Shown one piece after another: positions 11,147 to 21,784 of a stretch of DNA of 64,000 nucleotides (positions are counted from its first letter, which is position 1; the number at the start of each line of letters is the position of its first letter). The notes beneath the pieces were generated by a model that was not told the origin of the DNA, searched no databases, and worked only from the letters and a program-made list of their open reading frames with translations. Source of the DNA: Candidatus Eiseniibacteriota bacterium. Its GTDB lineage: Bacteria; Eisenbacteria; RBG-16-71-46; CAVPCR01. The stretch is taken from assembly GCA_963823555.1 (NCBI GenBank), contig CAWGMA010000003.1:608001-672000 (forward strand), written 5' to 3'. The translations under genes were made by a program, and so were the position numbers.

Positions 11147-11410
11147 ACGCGCCACGAAGTCCGGGAAAGGAGGATGGTGCCCGCTGCTTGAGACCCTTCG
11201 CCGAGACCCTGTGGGGAACCAATCCCATCCGGCAGGGGCCGGCCAGTAGCCGGGAAGCGAGTCTCTCGCGGTCGTCGGGTGGCCGGTCAACGGTCAAGGG
11301 GTCGAGCACGCTGGCTGTAGCGAGAGTGCGGAAGGGGAGCGGCGGGGTTTCCCGGACCCCTTCGGGAGGGGCCACGAGAAGGCCCCGCCGGGCGGTCGCA
11401 AAGAGAGAAT
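11147..11410 (+). repeat. Repeat B (second copy 14483-14656); 5' part resembles a degenerate group II intron domain I
   Basis: CCGGCAG..GGCCAG..GCCGGAAGCGAGTCT..GCG..GGCGGTCGCAAAGAGAGA is shared by both copies. The intron resemblance is recalled, not searched. Confidence 0.5.
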
Positions 11411-11720
11411 GGTTCGAACACCGTCCCACTTGGGGAGCCATCATCGGGAGTCGCGAACTGCAAGCGGCTCCGTGGTTAACGCGTGGCCCCGGTGGAGCGA
11501 TCCGCCGGGGTCGCGTCGTTGTGCGAGAAGTCGCACCGAGTTGCGGGTGCAAGCGCGGCGGGTGCGACTCTCTGTTCGCGAACGGTGCGAGTTGGCGGCC
11601 CGAGATGCGGCCGCGAAATGGGGCGATGGTACCCGAAACTCTCTCCTTCGTGGCGAGAGTCGGAGAATTGGTGAACGGGACCGCACTACTTGGTGGCCAA
11701 GTGGGACGGTATTCGAAATC
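11411..11720. repeat. Repeat X (~310 bp) bounded by inverted copies of the att-like core; copy 1
   Basis: Left GGTTCGAACACCGTCCCACTTGG, right CCAAGTGGGACGGTATTCGAAATC; homologous to 27109-27418. Confidence 0.75.
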
Positions 11721-11791
11721 CTCGGCCGGTGGTAAACTAGTTGCGTCCTCCCCATCTTGGCGTACTTACTCCTGACCCGAGGAGGCCCGCC

Positions 11792-11920
11792 GTGCGCTGC
11801 TTTGCCTTGGCTATTGCCGCTTCGATCGCCATCGTGCTCAGCCAGGCTGCTGCTGCCCAGGAGCCGCCGATGGTGCAATTGACCTTCGGCCCTACGAACG
11901 ACCGGTATCCCGCTTCCATG
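11792..11920 (+). pseudogene. Possible 5' fragment of a secreted TolB/PD40-like protein
   Basis: GGAGG plus GTG, signal peptide, then VQLTFGPTNDRYPA; the frame degenerates afterwards. Confidence 0.3.
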
Positions 11921-12229
11921 ATGGCCTTTCATCATGGTTCACGGCGGGCCGTCTGTTCCGACTGCACGCCCTGACTATGTTGGCTGCGGCCACGAGGCTT
12001 CGAGAAGTGAAAGTCCTCCCCCTGAGCAGGTCAAGGCGAAGGGGGAGGCGTCCACATGCGCAGCCTACCCCAGCCGCCTCAAGCAAGCGTCGAATTACAC
12101 CGGCGCGCCGACGAACAACCGCGCTGAACGAGGACCGGATGGCCTGTGGAGACCGAGATCGAAGCTCCTATCTTGTCCATCGTACCATCGCACCACGGTC
12201 AAGTAGATGGATAAACCCGGGTTCAGGAA

Positions 12230-14191
12230 ATGACGAGATTACGGAAGCACGTCAAGACGTACGCTAACAACCCCAAACATGGGGCACCGGTGGCGCTTTT
12301 CGTACTGGCGCTCCTTGCTCGAGTGATCTATCTCTTGCAGTACAGGAGCAGTCCCTTTTTCGAGTTCCCCATCATTGACAGCGCCACCTATGATCGTATG
12401 GCGTGGGATTACGCGCAGGGAAGGCCGCTATGGAAGGGCGCGTTCTGGCAACCACCGCTGTACCCATGGTTTCTAGGATTACTCTACAACATTCTCGGCC
12501 ACTCGCTGTTCGGCGTCCGTGTGATACAGGCGCTCCTTAGTTCGGTGTCCTGCATTCTGCTCTATGGCATTGGGCGCAACGTCTTTTCCCGGCGGGTTGG
12601 TATCATGGCGGGGGCTATCATGGCTGTCAATGGCACCTTGATCTACTTCGATGGCGAGCTCTTACCAGCAAGCCTCTACGTATTCCTACTTCTCTGTGGC
12701 CTTGTTGCGCTCCTACACGCTTCCAGCACCAAGGTGAATGAGTGGATGTGGAGATTAGCAGCCGGCCTGATTCTGGGTCTAGCCGCCCTGACTCGCTCAG
12801 ATGTGATGCTGTTCCTTTGTCTCGGGGCGGCATGGGCATGGTCGATGGCTCGTGGGCGGTGGCATGAACGACTCGCCTCTCCGGCCTTTCTTGTGGTTGG
12901 CGCCGCTATAGCGGTTTTGCCCGTAACCGTTCGAAACTACTATGCTTCAGACGACGTGGTTCTGGTCTCTTCCAACGGTGGCTTGAACTTCTATCTCGGG
13001 AACAACCCTAAGGCAGATAGTACCGTAGCAATACGTCCCGGTTTCGCATGGGAGAGTCTTGTGAATGAACCATTTCTGAAAGGCGGAATTGAGAAGCCGT
13101 CTGCCCGTTCGCGCTATTTCTTCCAGAAAGGATGGGTGTTCCTTCTGGAGAATCCCAGGGCGGGAGCTAGGCTGTATCTAGAGAAAGCTGCTCGCTTCTG
13201 GAATTCACTTGAAATCGGGAGAAATCGAGATGTGTACAGCACAAGGGGAAATTCTCGGTTGCTATCTATCCTCCTATGGCGCGTTGGTCCCTTTGGGTTT
13301 CCATTTGGACTCCTTGTGCCACTTGCTTGCGTCGGTGTTATGACATGTGTCCCGCTCAGTCGTGGTGCGGTGTTGTTGGTTGTGTTCGTCGCCAGCTACA
13401 TGGTCGTCGTGGTGGCGTTTTTTGTTGCCTCGCGCTACCGGCTTCCGATATTGCCGATTATGGGTATTTTTGCGGCGCAGTACGTCAGTTGGCTAGCGAG
13501 ACAATTGTCGCATCGGCGTTTGCGACCGGCCATTCTGTCCGTTGCGCTCTTTGCATTGGTTGCCGTGGGTGTAAGTCCAGGTCTTCCAGCGATCGTTGAG
13601 AGCTACGGGGGCGAGGAAGACCGATATCTAGGGGTGTATTACGTAGACAGAGGTCGATACAAGGAGGCGGAGGCAGCTTATCGCCGGGCGCTCGCGGTCA
13701 CACCGGACTATCCGGAGGCGCACTCGGAGCTCGGGCAACTGCTCCTTGTTCAAGCCCGTAGTCGGGAGGCTCTCTATCACCTTAAGAGGGCGAACGAATT
13801 GTGTGGTTTCTCGGAGAGGACTCATTACTTGCTTGGGATCGGCTTGAGAGCGTCAGGAGACTCAGTAGAGGCAGAAAGGGTGTTTCGCAAGGCAATCAGT
13901 ATTGCACCGTACGGACCGGCTCATCGAGAGCTAGGAGTGCTGCTTCTAGAGCAGGGGCGAATAGCGGAGGCGGAGGGGCTTCTCCTGGAGGCCGTGCGGT
14001 GCGATCCATCCGACCTCGATGCATGGTACAAACTCGGGCAGTGCTACTTCCTACTTGGGAGTTACGGAAAGGCCGAGGATGCTCTGCAGGGAGCACTTAG
14101 GCTGGCCCCCGGTGACGCAGAGATCAGGGAGAAAATCAGGAGCCTTCAGATCTTAAGAGGCTCTTCCGGGAGTCGAGTGGGTGATTTGTAA
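12230..14191 (+). CDS. GT-C (PMT/GT39-like) glycosyltransferase with C-terminal TPR repeats
   Basis: DSATYD, WQPPLYPWFL, multiple TM helices, RYRLPILP, TPRs (EAEAAYRRALAVTPDYPEAH). Confidence 0.85.
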   Translation: MTRLRKHVKTYANNPKHGAPVALFVLALLARVIYLLQYRSSPFFEFPIIDSATYDRMAWDYAQGRPLWKGAFWQPPLYPWFLGLLYNILGHSLFGVRVIQALLSSVSCILLYGIGRNVFSRRVGIMAGAIMAVNGTLIYFDGELLPASLYVFLLLCGLVALLHASSTKVNEWMWRLAAGLILGLAALTRSDVMLFLCLGAAWAWSMARGRWHERLASPAFLVVGAAIAVLPVTVRNYYASDDVVLVSSNGGLNFYLGNNPKADSTVAIRPGFAWESLVNEPFLKGGIEKPSARSRYFFQKGWVFLLENPRAGARLYLEKAARFWNSLEIGRNRDVYSTRGNSRLLSILLWRVGPFGFPFGLLVPLACVGVMTCVPLSRGAVLLVVFVASYMVVVVAFFVASRYRLPILPIMGIFAAQYVSWLARQLSHRRLRPAILSVALFALVAVGVSPGLPAIVESYGGEEDRYLGVYYVDRGRYKEAEAAYRRALAVTPDYPEAHSELGQLLLVQARSREALYHLKRANELCGFSERTHYLLGIGLRASGDSVEAERVFRKAISIAPYGPAHRELGVLLLEQGRIAEAEGLLLEAVRCDPSDLDAWYKLGQCYFLLGSYGKAEDALQGALRLAPGDAEIREKIRSLQILRGSSGSRVGDL

Positions 14192-14212
14192 CCGCCTCTT
14201 TACGCCCCGTTG

Positions 14213-14470
14213 TGTTGGTCCACCGAATCTCGGCCGCCTCGCCCCGGTGGCGGAACCTGATGCATGGGAGGATGTTATCTTGTGTGAATCGTCGGCCCCG
14301 CGAGGGAGTTACCCGGAGCGCAGGATGATGTCCTCTCACGTTTTGCGCCCTTGTCGCGCTGCCGAAAGGCTGGACACGGCACGTCCGCTCCGCCCTGCTC
14401 CAGGCCATGTTGTTGGTCGCTACGGCTTGGAACCTCGCCCGGGGCCAGGCGGTCACGAGCTGCCATCGAC
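14213..14470 (+). mobile_element. Family-Z left-end remnant
   Basis: TTGGTCCACCGAATCTCGG...GGATGTTATC...GCAGGATGATGTCC plus degenerate ORF start. Confidence 0.7.
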
Positions 14471-14656
14471 GGGAACGCCTCCCCGGCAGAGCCTGGCCAG
14501 CGGCCGGAAGCGAGTCTTGCGTGGCCATCGGGTAACCGGTGTCGGGGGTCAGCCTGGTGGTGGGCAGCGAGAGGGCGGGTTCGGGGCTGCCTATCGCGGA
14601 CTCCCTTGGCAAAGGGGCCATAGGAAGGCTCGGCAGGGCGGTCGCAAAGAGAGAGA

Positions 14657-14860
14657 GGTTCGCACACCGTCCAAGATGGGGAGCCAAATGTGGCTGTCTG
14701 CGAGGCGAGACGGGTACGGAAGTCCGTACCTGACCTCGACGGTCAGACGGTCATGAACGAGCACCTTCTTCACCACTTGGTGGAGGAGGTGCTTCTTTTG
14801 GGGGGCCGGTCCCTCGGCCATGACCTCCTCGAACCTCTTGACGATCTGCTCCAGCTCCCG
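14657..14860 (-). pseudogene. Large serine recombinase C-terminal remnant reading through the att-like core
   Basis: [28 protein letters not shown]...HIWLPILDGVRT; near-identical to 30846-31088. Confidence 0.55.
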
Positions 14861-14861
14861 T

Positions 14862-15027
14862 CGGGGAAGAAGATGTCGCCGACGTTGAGCCCGACGATCT
14901 CTCCCAGCGGGAGGCCGGTGCCGAGGGCGAGGGAGAATATCGTGTGGTCACGGGGGCATGTGGCGCTCGCATCTAGCAACGCTCGCTGCTCGGCGGCGGT
15001 CAGGGTGGTAGGGGAGAGGTGGGGCAT
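14862..15027 (-). pseudogene. Tyrosine recombinase N-terminal fragment fused to the serine-recombinase tail
   Basis: [18 protein letters not shown]...[26 protein letters not shown]. Confidence 0.75.
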
Positions 15028-15101
15028 CGGCGGTGGTCCTCAGAGTCCAGGGTCAATGATGCCTCGGGGGGACGGCGGGTCAAGGCTGCACCGATAGGAG
15101 G

Positions 15102-15310
15102 TCACCTGGAGGGCAGGAGGCACCTGCTGCTCATCGCGCTGCGGGAGGCCGCGTGATCCTCACCACCTATCCGATCGAAGATCGGACGAGATCGCGGAAT
15201 CTGTTCGCCGCGCGGGCGACGAACGCCTAACGCGTATCTGCGACGACCCGGTTGTCGGGGCTGACCCGGGGAACTGCGTGTCGGAGCGGAGTCCTGAAAT
15301 CGATGGACTA
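15102..15310 (+). mobile_element. Family-Z right-end remnant
   Basis: HLEGRRHLLLIALREAA* then GAAATCGATGGAC. Confidence 0.65.
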
Positions 15311-15421
15311 CTACACCTGACCTGCCCGGCCCTCTCCTTACCAACCCCGTCGCGCTCAGAACACCCGGCTTCACCTGCGGCCGCGCTGTGTCAGCGGGCG
15401 GCCGCCGGGTGTATGCCGCTG

Positions 15422-15808
15422 CTAAGGCCGCCGTTTCCCTGCCAAGTGCCCCCCGACAACTCCGGAAGGCACGATGAGAACGAACGACACGATGCCGTAC
15501 CATCGGGGAAGGTCTTCGCTCAGGCCCGCGAATTCGGCGATGAGGCCGATGAACAGTGCCCCGAGACCGACAGCCGCCCCGTGCCGCGCCTGCTGTGTTT
15601 CGACCAGACGGCCGGCAACGAAACCGCCGAGTGCCACGAGAGCCAAGCCGACGACTTCGGCGGCAATGAGCGCGCCCATGGTGTTCGGCGTCGCCGCCGC
15701 CGCGTCAGGTCCCTTCGTCACGACGATCAGGGCAGCGTACAGCACCCCAACGAGGATGCTGCCGACGGTATCGACCAGCAAACCCACCACAATCGGCCAG
15801 GCTTTCAA
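15422..15808 (-). CDS. Small 4-TM membrane protein
   Basis: GGGGAG RBS plus TTG start; hydrophobic helices, GGFVAGRL...HGAAVG. Confidence 0.7.
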   Translation of the reverse strand: MKAWPIVVGLLVDTVGSILVGVLYAALIVVTKGPDAAAATPNTMGALIAAEVVGLALVALGGFVAGRLVETQQARHGAAVGLGALFIGLIAEFAGLSEDLPRWYGIVSFVLIVPSGVVGGHLAGKRRP

Positions 15809-15871
15809 TCTCGCTCCCCCTTATCAAGGCCTGAGGTAAGAGACACTTCTACCCTCTATCATAGACCCAAC

Positions 15872-17444
15872 GGCAGAGTCTCGGTAGTTGTTGAATAAGG
15901 TCTGACGTTCTCTCCGGACCTCTTGAATCCTAGCGTTTCGAGCCGTTTGCTTCCATCTTCAGAATGCGGTCTGCGATTTCCTTCCTCCTGGCCGCGGTGA
16001 GCCCTGGATGGGCTGTTCGCCCGATGATCGCTGAGAACCGGCTTCACCAGAGGCCCCAGGATCAACGTTCTCGAGTCGGTCCGACCCGTAGTACCCCCCT
16101 CTTTCGGGGTGGCGGGGGCTCGGCGCGGATCCCGGGAGTCTCATGCGAGCTTCCTCTGCGCGCCGTCGATCATCTCCTCGAGCTTATGGTACCCGTCGAT
16201 CTTGCGCAGGCGGATCGCACCAGAAGCGATCAGACCGAACAGCAAGGTCAGCGCCGCCGCCTCGGTCGGGAACGACCCCTGGGTCTTGGTCCGCCGGCGG
16301 AACTCCTCGTTGATCCGCTCGATCAGGTTCGTCGTGCGCAGACTCTTCCACATCGCGGCGGGGAAGTTGTAGAAGGTCAGCAGCTCCCGCCCCGCCTCCT
16401 CGAGGCTGACGACGACCTCCGGCACCAGCGGCTGCCACTTCCGGCAGAACGCCGCGTAGGCCTTCTCGGCCGCCTCTCGGTTCTCGGCGTGGGTGATCGC
16501 CGCATAGTCGCGCTTGAGCTCGGCGTGGCAGTGCTTCGGCGCCTTGGCCAGCAGGTTCTCCAGCTTATGCCATGTGCACCTCTGCAGCTCGGCCTCCGGC
16601 CACGCCTCCCGCACCGCACGGATCAGGCCCGCGTTGCCGTCGAGCAGCACCAGCCGCGGCGCGACCAGGTTCAGCGCGACGAGTCCCTCGATCACTCCCG
16701 CCCACGCCTTCAAGCTCTCGCTCGGCGCCAGTCGCAGCTCGAGCAGCTCCTTCTCGCCGGTGGCCTTCACCCCGACCACCACCTGCACCGGCACCTTGAC
16801 CACCCGCCGGGCCAGCCGCACCGGCAGCCGCATCGCATCCAGGATCACGATCGCGTACGACTCGCGGCTCAGGTCGCGTCCTCGCCACATGGCGAACAGA
16901 TCCTGCAGCCGCTTGACCACCCGCGACACCGCACTCCGGGACATCGCCGTCCCCTCGACCAGCGGCTTCAGCGCCAGTCGGATCTTCCGCGTGTTCGTCC
17001 CCGTCAGGTAGCTCGTGACCAAGGCCGCGTCCAACCGCCGCGTGCGCCGCGCGTAGCGCCGGACGATGTCGCTCGTGAACTCCTGCGTCCCCGTCGTGGT
17101 CCGCAAGCGAGCGCGGGGCACCTCCACCTCCACCGGGCCGAACGAGGTCATCAACCGCCGCGGCGGCCGGCTGCCGTGCCGGTAGCCGGTGCGGGCCTCG
17201 GTGCGCTCCCGGAGGCTGGCCCCCAGGGCACCCTCCACTTCCTCGTCGAGGATGTCGACGATCATCTCCCGGACCCGGCCCCGGACGAGGGTCTCGAGAT
17301 CATGGAAATCCGCTGGCGGCACCAGCAACTGCGCAGTACGATCTTTCACGGCGTATTCCTCCGGTTAAGCCCATACTGGGCTTTGCTTTATGACACCCGG
17401 AGAATACGCCATTTCCCTTTCTCAACAAGTCCCGGGACGCTGCC
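15872..17444 (-). mobile_element. IS256-family element; transposase 16141-17349
   Basis: ILDAM, LDGNAGL, QRCTWHK, RTTNLIERINEE. TIRs GGCAGAGTCTCGGTAGTTGTTGA / GGCAGCGTCCCGGGACTTGTTGA. 8-bp TSD GACCCAAC (15864-15871, 17445-17452). Confidence 0.95.
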
Positions 17445-17466
17445 GACCCAACCGAGGAGGGACACT

Positions 17467-17531
17467 ATGGCCCATGACTCGCGTCCGGAGTCCGTGGTCC
17501 GCGAGATCCGCCGCAAGACCCGCCGCCGCGC
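17467..17531 (+). pseudogene. IS3-family OrfA N-terminal remnant (its left end at ~15831 is split off by the IS256)
   Basis: GAGGAGG plus MAHDSRPESVVREIRRKTRRR. Confidence 0.5.
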
Positions 17532-17717
17532 GGGTAACGAACTCACGCGGATCTGCGATGGCCTGGTTGTTGGCGCTGGCGGGGGAACCACGGATCCGGG
17601 CGGTGTGCTGAAGTCGGTGTACGAGCACAGGCGGGTCGAATCCCCTGATAGGACCGGCATTGTCTGGGAGAGGTGGAGTACAATCACCGGAGGAGGTATC
17701 GAGCGAGGGGGGCAACG

Positions 17718-18077
17718 ATGAACACCTTGGAATACCTGATCAATCTCGTCGTGTACGAGTTCTTGCTTATGCTCATCTTGAGCCCGATTCTGCTTGCAGC
17801 CATCGGTATCATGGAAGGGATCAAGTTGCTTGAACTCGGCGCGATCGCTGGTGTGGCTAGGGTGTTGTTGTTTCTCGTGGTGATAGTCGTGTTGCTGGGC
17901 ATGCCCTATGTGGCCCACAAGGCAGCGGGGAATCGCGTGCTGGCCAATATGTCGTTCATGAGTGCCCTCAGGAGCGCATGGGTTGACACGCGGGTCGAAC
18001 TTCAGTTCCTGCCAATCATCGGACAGTGGCTGTCGGGCCTACTGGGGGCACGGGACGACCGAGGCGAAGACTTCTAG
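17718..18077 (+). CDS. Small membrane protein
   Basis: MNTLEYLINLVVYEFLLMLIL... hydrophobic segments; RBS-like GAGGGG. Confidence 0.6.
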   Translation: MNTLEYLINLVVYEFLLMLILSPILLAAIGIMEGIKLLELGAIAGVARVLLFLVVIVVLLGMPYVAHKAAGNRVLANMSFMSALRSAWVDTRVELQFLPIIGQWLSGLLGARDDRGEDF

Positions 18078-18244
18078 AGGATGCCATGGCTCCTCTGACG
18101 ATTCGACTTGGCGGTGGGTGACCGCCCACCCTCGCTGAATCTTGGGAGTCGTGCGATGCTCCAGCCTGACAGCTCATACCACTGGTTCGATGCAGGTTCG
18201 TCTCTGTTCGGACGTAGCGCCGTGGCGTTGGGCCTCATAGTCGA

Positions 18245-19033
18245 TTGCCAGGCGCATCACCGGTATTGAGGATGGTAGGGAGGCGTTGGACCGTAGGAGG
18301 GACCTTGCACTGCACCGCCATCATCGTCACGCTGCTTACTATGGTCTGTGCTGCCGCGCCTACGTACCACACTCGTGGGCAGAGCACTCCCAATCCGTAT
18401 GTACTCGACGGACTTCGCAAAGCCCCGCACGAGTTCAGCATCGGTCGCCTCCCTCCCATAAGTGAGGTTGATGGATGCTGGCTTGACGACGACCAGTGGA
18501 ATGCCCTTCGTCGTGCGTTGATCGATAGCATCGCCTGCACCGATTGCAGCATGGGTTGGGCAGGCGATGTGCCTAGGCTAGTTGTCGTGCGACCGGTCGG
18601 TCCCGACGGGAGCAGTGCCTACTGGAATATCCAATTCGCCATGCTGTCAGCGGAAGGGGAACTGGAGGGCCTATGCCTAGGAGCATCCACCATGGGGTAT
18701 CGCGGGATTGGTCACCTGATCTACGATGACCTTGTGCCTTTCTTCCCGCTGGAGTGGTTCAAGGATCTTGATGGGGATGGCCTGAATGAGCTTATTCTCT
18801 GGGACAGTGTTCTAACAGTCGAGGAGCTACTATCAACAAATGCCGACTACGCCCTGGTCCCCCGAATCTACCAGCTGCGAGGCAACAAGTTGATAGAGAA
18901 GGCATCGCTCGGGCGGCTCCTCTATCAACAGGTTGCCGCCGTCTATGACGGCCTCGGTCGAGACACCTGGCTTCCGCCGGGTATCGCAGCTGCCATTCGG
19001 GTCTATCTCGCGGAGTCAACTGAGCAGCGGTGA
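18245..19033 (+). CDS. Hypothetical exported protein (start may be 18272)
   Basis: Hydrophobic N-region; DLDGDGLNEL Ca-binding-like motif; non-shadow composition. Confidence 0.55.
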   Translation: MPGASPVLRMVGRRWTVGGTLHCTAIIVTLLTMVCAAAPTYHTRGQSTPNPYVLDGLRKAPHEFSIGRLPPISEVDGCWLDDDQWNALRRALIDSIACTDCSMGWAGDVPRLVVVRPVGPDGSSAYWNIQFAMLSAEGELEGLCLGASTMGYRGIGHLIYDDLVPFFPLEWFKDLDGDGLNELILWDSVLTVEELLSTNADYALVPRIYQLRGNKLIEKASLGRLLYQQVAAVYDGLGRDTWLPPGIAAAIRVYLAESTEQR

Positions 19034-19473
19034 GTGCTGCCTGGCCGAACCCTCCCGAAGCTTGCTGACCAGGCGGAAACCGCGTATACTCCCGCCAATT
19101 CAGTAGGCTCCTCGCCAAGCCGAGCGCCGCACCCCATCCACGCCGCCCGACCGACGAGGCCTGAATCCACGTGGTCCAAGGAGGACGCCCATGGACCCTC
19201 CCGGCTGCGTCTCCGCTCTTCCTCGCCTTCTGCCTGTCCTCGCCACCTGGCCGGAGGCCCTTTCTCCGTCTTGTCGTTGCCTGACGTGACTGCTTCAGCG
19301 TATATTTCCCGGGCGGAGCCCGAAAGCCGAACTGCATCTGAGTTACCCGCCCGGTCAGGCAAATCATCACCGGACCTACCGGCCGAGAAGGAAGGGCGCT
19401 GACTCTGTCTGTCCAACATCGCCGAGGGTGTGTTGGAAGTACCTTGGCTGCAAGATGGCAAACTCCTGGTCTC

Positions 19474-19843
19474 TCAGCACTCCATCCCGCGCAGCCGCTC
19501 GAACATCTCCTCGTCGCTCGGGTGCGTATACACGACGGTCGTGAGCGGGCTCGCATGCCGGGCGAACCGCTGGGCGAGGAAGAGGTCGTGCGTCGCACGG
19601 TATACACAGGTTATTGCGCGATGCCGCAGACAATGGAATCCGTAAAGCCGCGAGAACCCGGCGACCACCTGCCACGCGCGGAACAGGACCTGCACGCGAC
19701 GACGTGAGATGCGCCGCCGTCCCTGGTTGCAGAAGAGCGGGGCCGAGGAGTGGAGTCGCTCGCGGCGCGTCTGCTTGTAGAGCCAGAAGCGCGTCAGCTT
19801 CTCGACCAGCGCGTCGGGAACGAACACGTCTCCCGTGCGGCCG
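19474..19843 (-). pseudogene. Tyrosine recombinase C-terminal two-thirds, cut by IS
   Basis: GRTGDVFVPDALVEKL...YGFHCLRH...RHASPLTTVVYTH...RGMEC*. Confidence 0.8.
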
Positions 19844-21013
19844 CGTAGTGTCCGAAAAGTCGATCGTGCTGCCGGAGCGCCAGATACGGTGCATCTGGTA
19901 GCCTCGTCGCATGCTTGACTCCATCCGCTTCCGCCTCTTCCTGGCCACCTTCGCTGGCTGGGTTGGTCGGCGCCAGACCCGTGCGATCGCCTATCTTATA
20001 GAAGAGAACCGCGTGCTGAAGGAACAGCTCCAGTCTGGCGGCCGCCGTCTGCGCTTCACCGACGACCAGCGTCGCCGGCTGGCCGCCAAGGGTAAGCCGT
20101 TGGGTCGCCGACTCCTTGAGCAGATCGCCACGATCGTGACCCCGGACACCATCCTGGCCTGGCATCGGCGGCTGATCGCCGCGAAGTGGACCTATCCCCA
20201 CAGGGGCGTTGGTCGACCCGGGGTCATGAAGGAGATCCGCGAGCTGGTGGTGCGGATGGCGGAGGAGAACCCGAGCTGGGGCTATGCGCGAATCCAGGGT
20301 GCGCTGAAGCACCTTGACCACCGTGTGGCTCGCAGCACGATCGCGAGGGTGCTGAAGGAGCACGGCATCAAGCCGTCGCCAGAGCGACCGATGAGTTGGG
20401 CGACGTTCGTCCGAGCACATGCCACCGCCATCGCGGCGGCGGACTTGTTCACCACGGAGGTGTGGACCGCTCGGGGCCTGGTCCGGTACTTCACGTTGTT
20501 CGTGATCGACATCGCAACCCGCCGTGTCCACATCGCCGGGACGACGGCGAACCCGAGTTCGGTGTGGATGGTGCAGATGGCGCGGAACCTGACGGACTGC
20601 GGCACTGGCTTCCTGGTCGGGAAACGGTACCTGATCATCGATCGGGATTCGATCTTCTCGCCGCGCTTCAAGGCGATTCTGGAAGGTGCCGGTGTCGAGA
20701 TCCTGCTCACGGCGTACCAGGCGCCGAACATGAACGCCTATGCCGAGCGTTTCGTGCGGTCGATCAAGTCGGAGTGCCTGGCCCGGATGATCTTCCTGGG
20801 GCGAAGGTCCCTCGACCGGGCGATCGCCGAGTACGCAGCGCACTACCATGACGAGCGGAGCCACCAGGGGATCGGGAACGAGCTTATCGGCGGTGCGGTG
20901 GCGCAGCGGGAAGGTGTCGTCGGCACCAGCGAACGGTTGGGTGGCCTGCTCAAGTACTATCACCGACAGGCAGCTTGAGATGCGCGTCGTCGATCGAGTT
21001 TTCGGACAGCACG
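19844..21013 (+). mobile_element. IS481/rve-type element; transposase 19911-20978
   Basis: [34 protein letters not shown]. TIRs CGTAGTGTCCGAAAAGTCGATCG / CGATCGAGTTTTCGGACAGCACG. Confidence 0.9.
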
Positions 21014-21334
21014 GGCGGGAACCCGTCGTTGGACCAGACGCAGCGGCGCGATTCTGCTTGACGCGGAATCGCCCCTACACTAGCCTTCACGTAGGTTTCC
21101 AGAGGTACCGGAAACCACTAGGCAAAGGCAGGCCGTCGCTCGTAGGTCCGCCTGGGGGCCGTCCTTCGTGGGCCCGACCTACCTCATGCCCGGGATCCCC
21201 TCCTCAGGCAGCCAGTCAAGTAATAGCCCACCCGGAATACGTTTCGGGTCCGCGCTTAGCAGGGACGCTGGCGTCCTCGTCTGAGGGGCTCGTGTCGCGG
21301 GCCGGTCCTTCCGGCCAGTGAGGGGGGAGATGCA

Positions 21335-21685
21335 ATGAGACTCGAATCTCTCGTACTTGTGTTTGGTCTGCTCATGGTGACGTCGCTTCCTTCGTCGGCG
21401 GACTGCATTCACGGATGCAGCACGATAAGCGTAGGCATACTGGATTACGTGAGGATCACCCAGCCGGTTGAATCGGACTGCAGCCCCGATTGCTCAGCGG
21501 GAACCGGCACCCAGTATCGCATTGAGATCCTCGACGGTACCTGTGGCGGAGATGTAATGGACGAAGGTGACTTCTGCACGTCAGAGCCCATCACCGCCGG
21601 TAAGATCTATCAAGTCATCGCTATCAGCAGCGGGTGTTCGGGAACCCCGCAGGGATGCGTAAAGATCTGCGGCCCATGCGATTAA
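21335..21685 (+). CDS. Small secreted Cys-rich peptide (module 1)
   Basis: Signal peptide; ends CVKICGPCD; directly upstream of a beta-helix gene. Confidence 0.75.
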   Translation: MRLESLVLVFGLLMVTSLPSSADCIHGCSTISVGILDYVRITQPVESDCSPDCSAGTGTQYRIEILDGTCGGDVMDEGDFCTSEPITAGKIYQVIAISSGCSGTPQGCVKICGPCD

Positions 21686-21784
21686 TCACCTTGCAGCGCT
21701 GCCGCACTGCATTCTGACGCCTCGGGGGCCCTTTGGCCTCCGGTTTGGGCATGGCTCATAACGGCTCATAAGAGGAGTCATGAC

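Noticed and set aside
11380..11440. tRNA gene at the GGTTCG...GGGGAGCCA sites
   Set aside because: Only a T-loop/acceptor-like 3' end with extra bases; no D arm, anticodon arm or 5' acceptor strand.
10843..11775. 310-aa ORF across repeats B and X
   Set aside because: Low-complexity Arg/Gly/Pro translation spanning mosaic non-coding repeats.
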